A DNA stretch of 58,337 nt from an uncultured Sulfolobales archaeon (lineage in GTDB: Archaea > Thermoproteota > Thermoprotei_A > Sulfolobales > NBVN01), in NCBI GenBank assembly GCA_938083005.1, contig CALKCU010000037.1, positions 1 to 58,337 of the forward strand. The letters are read 5' to 3'. Position 1 is the stretch's first letter; the number at the start of each line of letters is the position of its first letter. This document shows positions 56,754 to 58,337 of this stretch, piece by piece. The notes under the pieces were generated by a model. It saw only the letters and a program-made list of their open reading frames with translations, did no database searches and was not told the DNA's origin. The translations under genes and the position numbers were made by a program.

Positions 56754-57191
56754 GTGGTGCCGGAGATGGCCTCCGACGTCTCCAGGCTGGTCGCTCAGCT
56801 GAACTCGCTGAGCGAGTGGATCGAAATGCAGAAGGCCGCCATCGAGACCTTCAGAGAGATCAACAGTAGCGTCGAGGAGGCCGATAGGCTGACCCTGGTT
56901 CTGCTGATAAGGAAGGCGTTCGACCACATTATGAAGACCGTCCGCGAGTTCGACAAGTGGCTCGAGAACCCGCTAGTCCTCAGCTACATAGACAGGGAGA
57001 TGCTCAAGGAGGTCTGGAGCTCCGTCTTCAGGCTGCTCATAGAGCTGCTGGAGCTGGACGTCAAGCACACGGCGATGGTTAGGGACAACGCCATAAAGAT
57101 GCTGAAGGCTGGGAAGATACCGCCGGTGATAATGGAGCTGAGGAGGACGAGGATGGAGGAGGAGGCGAGGGAGGGCCTCAGGAGGCTCTAG
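56754..57191 (+). CDS. DUF2153-family protein
   Basis: DRLTLVL...AFDHI.KT..EFDKWLENP and LLELDVKHT motifs. Confidence 0.8.
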   Translation: MVPEMASDVSRLVAQLNSLSEWIEMQKAAIETFREINSSVEEADRLTLVLLIRKAFDHIMKTVREFDKWLENPLVLSYIDREMLKEVWSSVFRLLIELLELDVKHTAMVRDNAIKMLKAGKIPPVIMELRRTRMEEEAREGLRRL

Positions 57192-57216
57192 ACCCCGACC
57201 CCTCTTAGGGATTCCG

Positions 57217-58047
57217 GTGAGCGCGGTACTAGCGTTCGTGCCTGGGAGAAAGTTCGTAAGCATTTCCATCACAGGCTCTTGGTGCGGCCTCGGATGCTCC
57301 TTCTGTGGAGGCAAGTACCTTAGCTCGATGGACTCCGCAGAGTCCGTCGGGAAGCTCCGAGACCTCATGCACTATTACTACAGAACGGGTACTAGGGGCT
57401 TCCTGATTAGTGGAGGCTTCACCAAGGAGGGGTACCTGCCCGTAACCGGGCAGATCCTCGACTTCTTGGAGGAGTTCAGGAGGGGCAGGGACGTCTTCCT
57501 CTCCGCTCACCTAGGGCTAGCACCGAGAGACCTGACCGACAGGGCCTTGGGAGTGTTCGACATGGTGGACTACGAGGTCCCCCCGAGCAATGAGTACGTG
57601 AGGTTCGGCAGGGGGCTGAACGCGTCGCTCGAGGACTACCTGGAGATGCTGGAGTACGTGAGCTCGGAGTACGGCGAGGACAGGATAGCCCCGCACGTGG
57701 TCCTGGGCAGCCCGCTCGCTTCGGGGCAGCAGGAGCTGGAGGTGGTGAGCAGAATCGGTCTTATCCACAGGAGGATCCTGACCCTGCTCCTCTACGTAGG
57801 CGGGGAGGTCCTCGAAGAGCCTAGAGTGCTCAGCGCGGCCCGGCTTTCCAGAAGGCTCTTCAGCGAAGTATCTCTGGGGTGCATGAGGCCAAGAAGCCGG
57901 ACCGCGGCGCTTGTAGGGGAACTAGTCGACCGGGGGTACCTGGATAGAGTGACCAACCCGGGCAACGATATCGTTAAGAAGTTCAACATGCGCGTGATCC
58001 GCGCGTGCTGCGGTATCCCCAAGAGCGCGTTCGGGCTTTTCGAGTGA
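57217..58047 (+). CDS. Radical SAM protein (uncharacterised, biotin-synthase-related group)
   Basis: SISITGSWCGLGCSFC (CxxxCxxC), GFLISGG, PHVVLG, LGCMRP, terminal CC. Confidence 0.82.
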   Translation: MSAVLAFVPGRKFVSISITGSWCGLGCSFCGGKYLSSMDSAESVGKLRDLMHYYYRTGTRGFLISGGFTKEGYLPVTGQILDFLEEFRRGRDVFLSAHLGLAPRDLTDRALGVFDMVDYEVPPSNEYVRFGRGLNASLEDYLEMLEYVSSEYGEDRIAPHVVLGSPLASGQQELEVVSRIGLIHRRILTLLLYVGGEVLEEPRVLSAARLSRRLFSEVSLGCMRPRSRTAALVGELVDRGYLDRVTNPGNDIVKKFNMRVIRACCGIPKSAFGLFE

Positions 58048-58258
58048 AGGCCCGGGGGGTCGTTGGCCCTACCTCGAATCCGGCATCCTCGCGGAGCTGG
58101 GTTCCAGAGCCTCGCGCAAATATCGGGTCCGGAGCTCCGTTCTGCCGGCTCCGACCAGGGGCTGGGCAGCGCTCTGCAGATCTGGGGGGAGAGAGTCCTG
58201 CCCGGGAACGGATTGGGCTCCCATCGCGGGGTTCGGGCGTGGTGTTTTTATTAGTCCA

Positions 58259-58337
58259 TTAGGTCAGACAGCTCTGGTGTTGGTAGGTGAGCGTGTCCTT
58301 CGGGTCCGCGAGGCTACTGCGGTACATCATCGCCTCG
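58259..58337 (-). CDS. Possible 3' end of a gene running off the window edge
   Basis: Open minus-strand frame EAMMYRSSLADPKDTLTYQHQSCLT-stop; too short to assign. Confidence 0.3.
   Translation of the reverse strand, partial: EAMMYRSSLADPKDTLTYQHQSCLT

Noticed and set aside
58050-58110. TCGAATCC resembling a tRNA T-loop
   Set aside because: No T-stem, acceptor stem or cloverleaf could be built around it.
379-58262. Many long alternative-frame and antisense ORFs (e.g. 6907-7908, 12822-13880, 21382-22296, 28938-29813, 47211-48104)
   Set aside because: They overlap well-supported genes, are Arg/Gly/Pro-rich and motif-free, and are expected shadows in GC-rich DNA.
58263-58331. Minus-strand AUGAUGU...CUGA as a second C/D sRNA
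   Set aside because: No convincing internal D'/C' boxes, spacing too long, and the segment is also an open frame at the window edge.
1-58337. CRISPR arrays, IS elements, integrases, rRNA or tRNA genes
   Set aside because: No regularly spaced repeats, transposase/integrase motifs or structural RNA signatures found by eye; very short or intron-split RNAs could have been missed.

Overview
Gene-dense, GC-rich archaeal chromosomal segment, most consistent with a hyperthermophilic Thermoproteota (crenarchaeal, Desulfurococcales-like) organism. Markers are reverse gyrase, aEF-1beta, eL43/L37ae, a Brix protein, deoxyhypusine synthase, a PAC2 chaperone, TATA/BRE promoters and AGG/ATA codon use. Most of the window is housekeeping: valS, hisS, pyrG, rps7, a four-gene 2-oxoacid:ferredoxin oxidoreductase operon, a methylmalonyl-CoA mutase/epimerase operon, rpiA, ino1 and transporters. 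The left ~13 kb looks accessory: CopM/CopA copper efflux, DASS and ABC transporters, a fused N6-adenine methyltransferase/Type IIG-like gene and, most notably, a three-gene amiE-like/murK-like/namZ cluster. That cluster resembles a bacterial peptidoglycan-recycling pathway in a lineage without peptidoglycan. Signals not in the ORF track include a complete C/D-box guide sRNA (46621-46678, minus strand), a DtxR-like 19-bp operator before an Fe/B12-type ABC importer, and several genes (porA, UPF0282, pcm) whose conserved N-termini seem to need non-canonical ACG/CTG starts. No tRNA, rRNA, CRISPR array or transposase was recognised. All family calls are by motif recognition, not database search.
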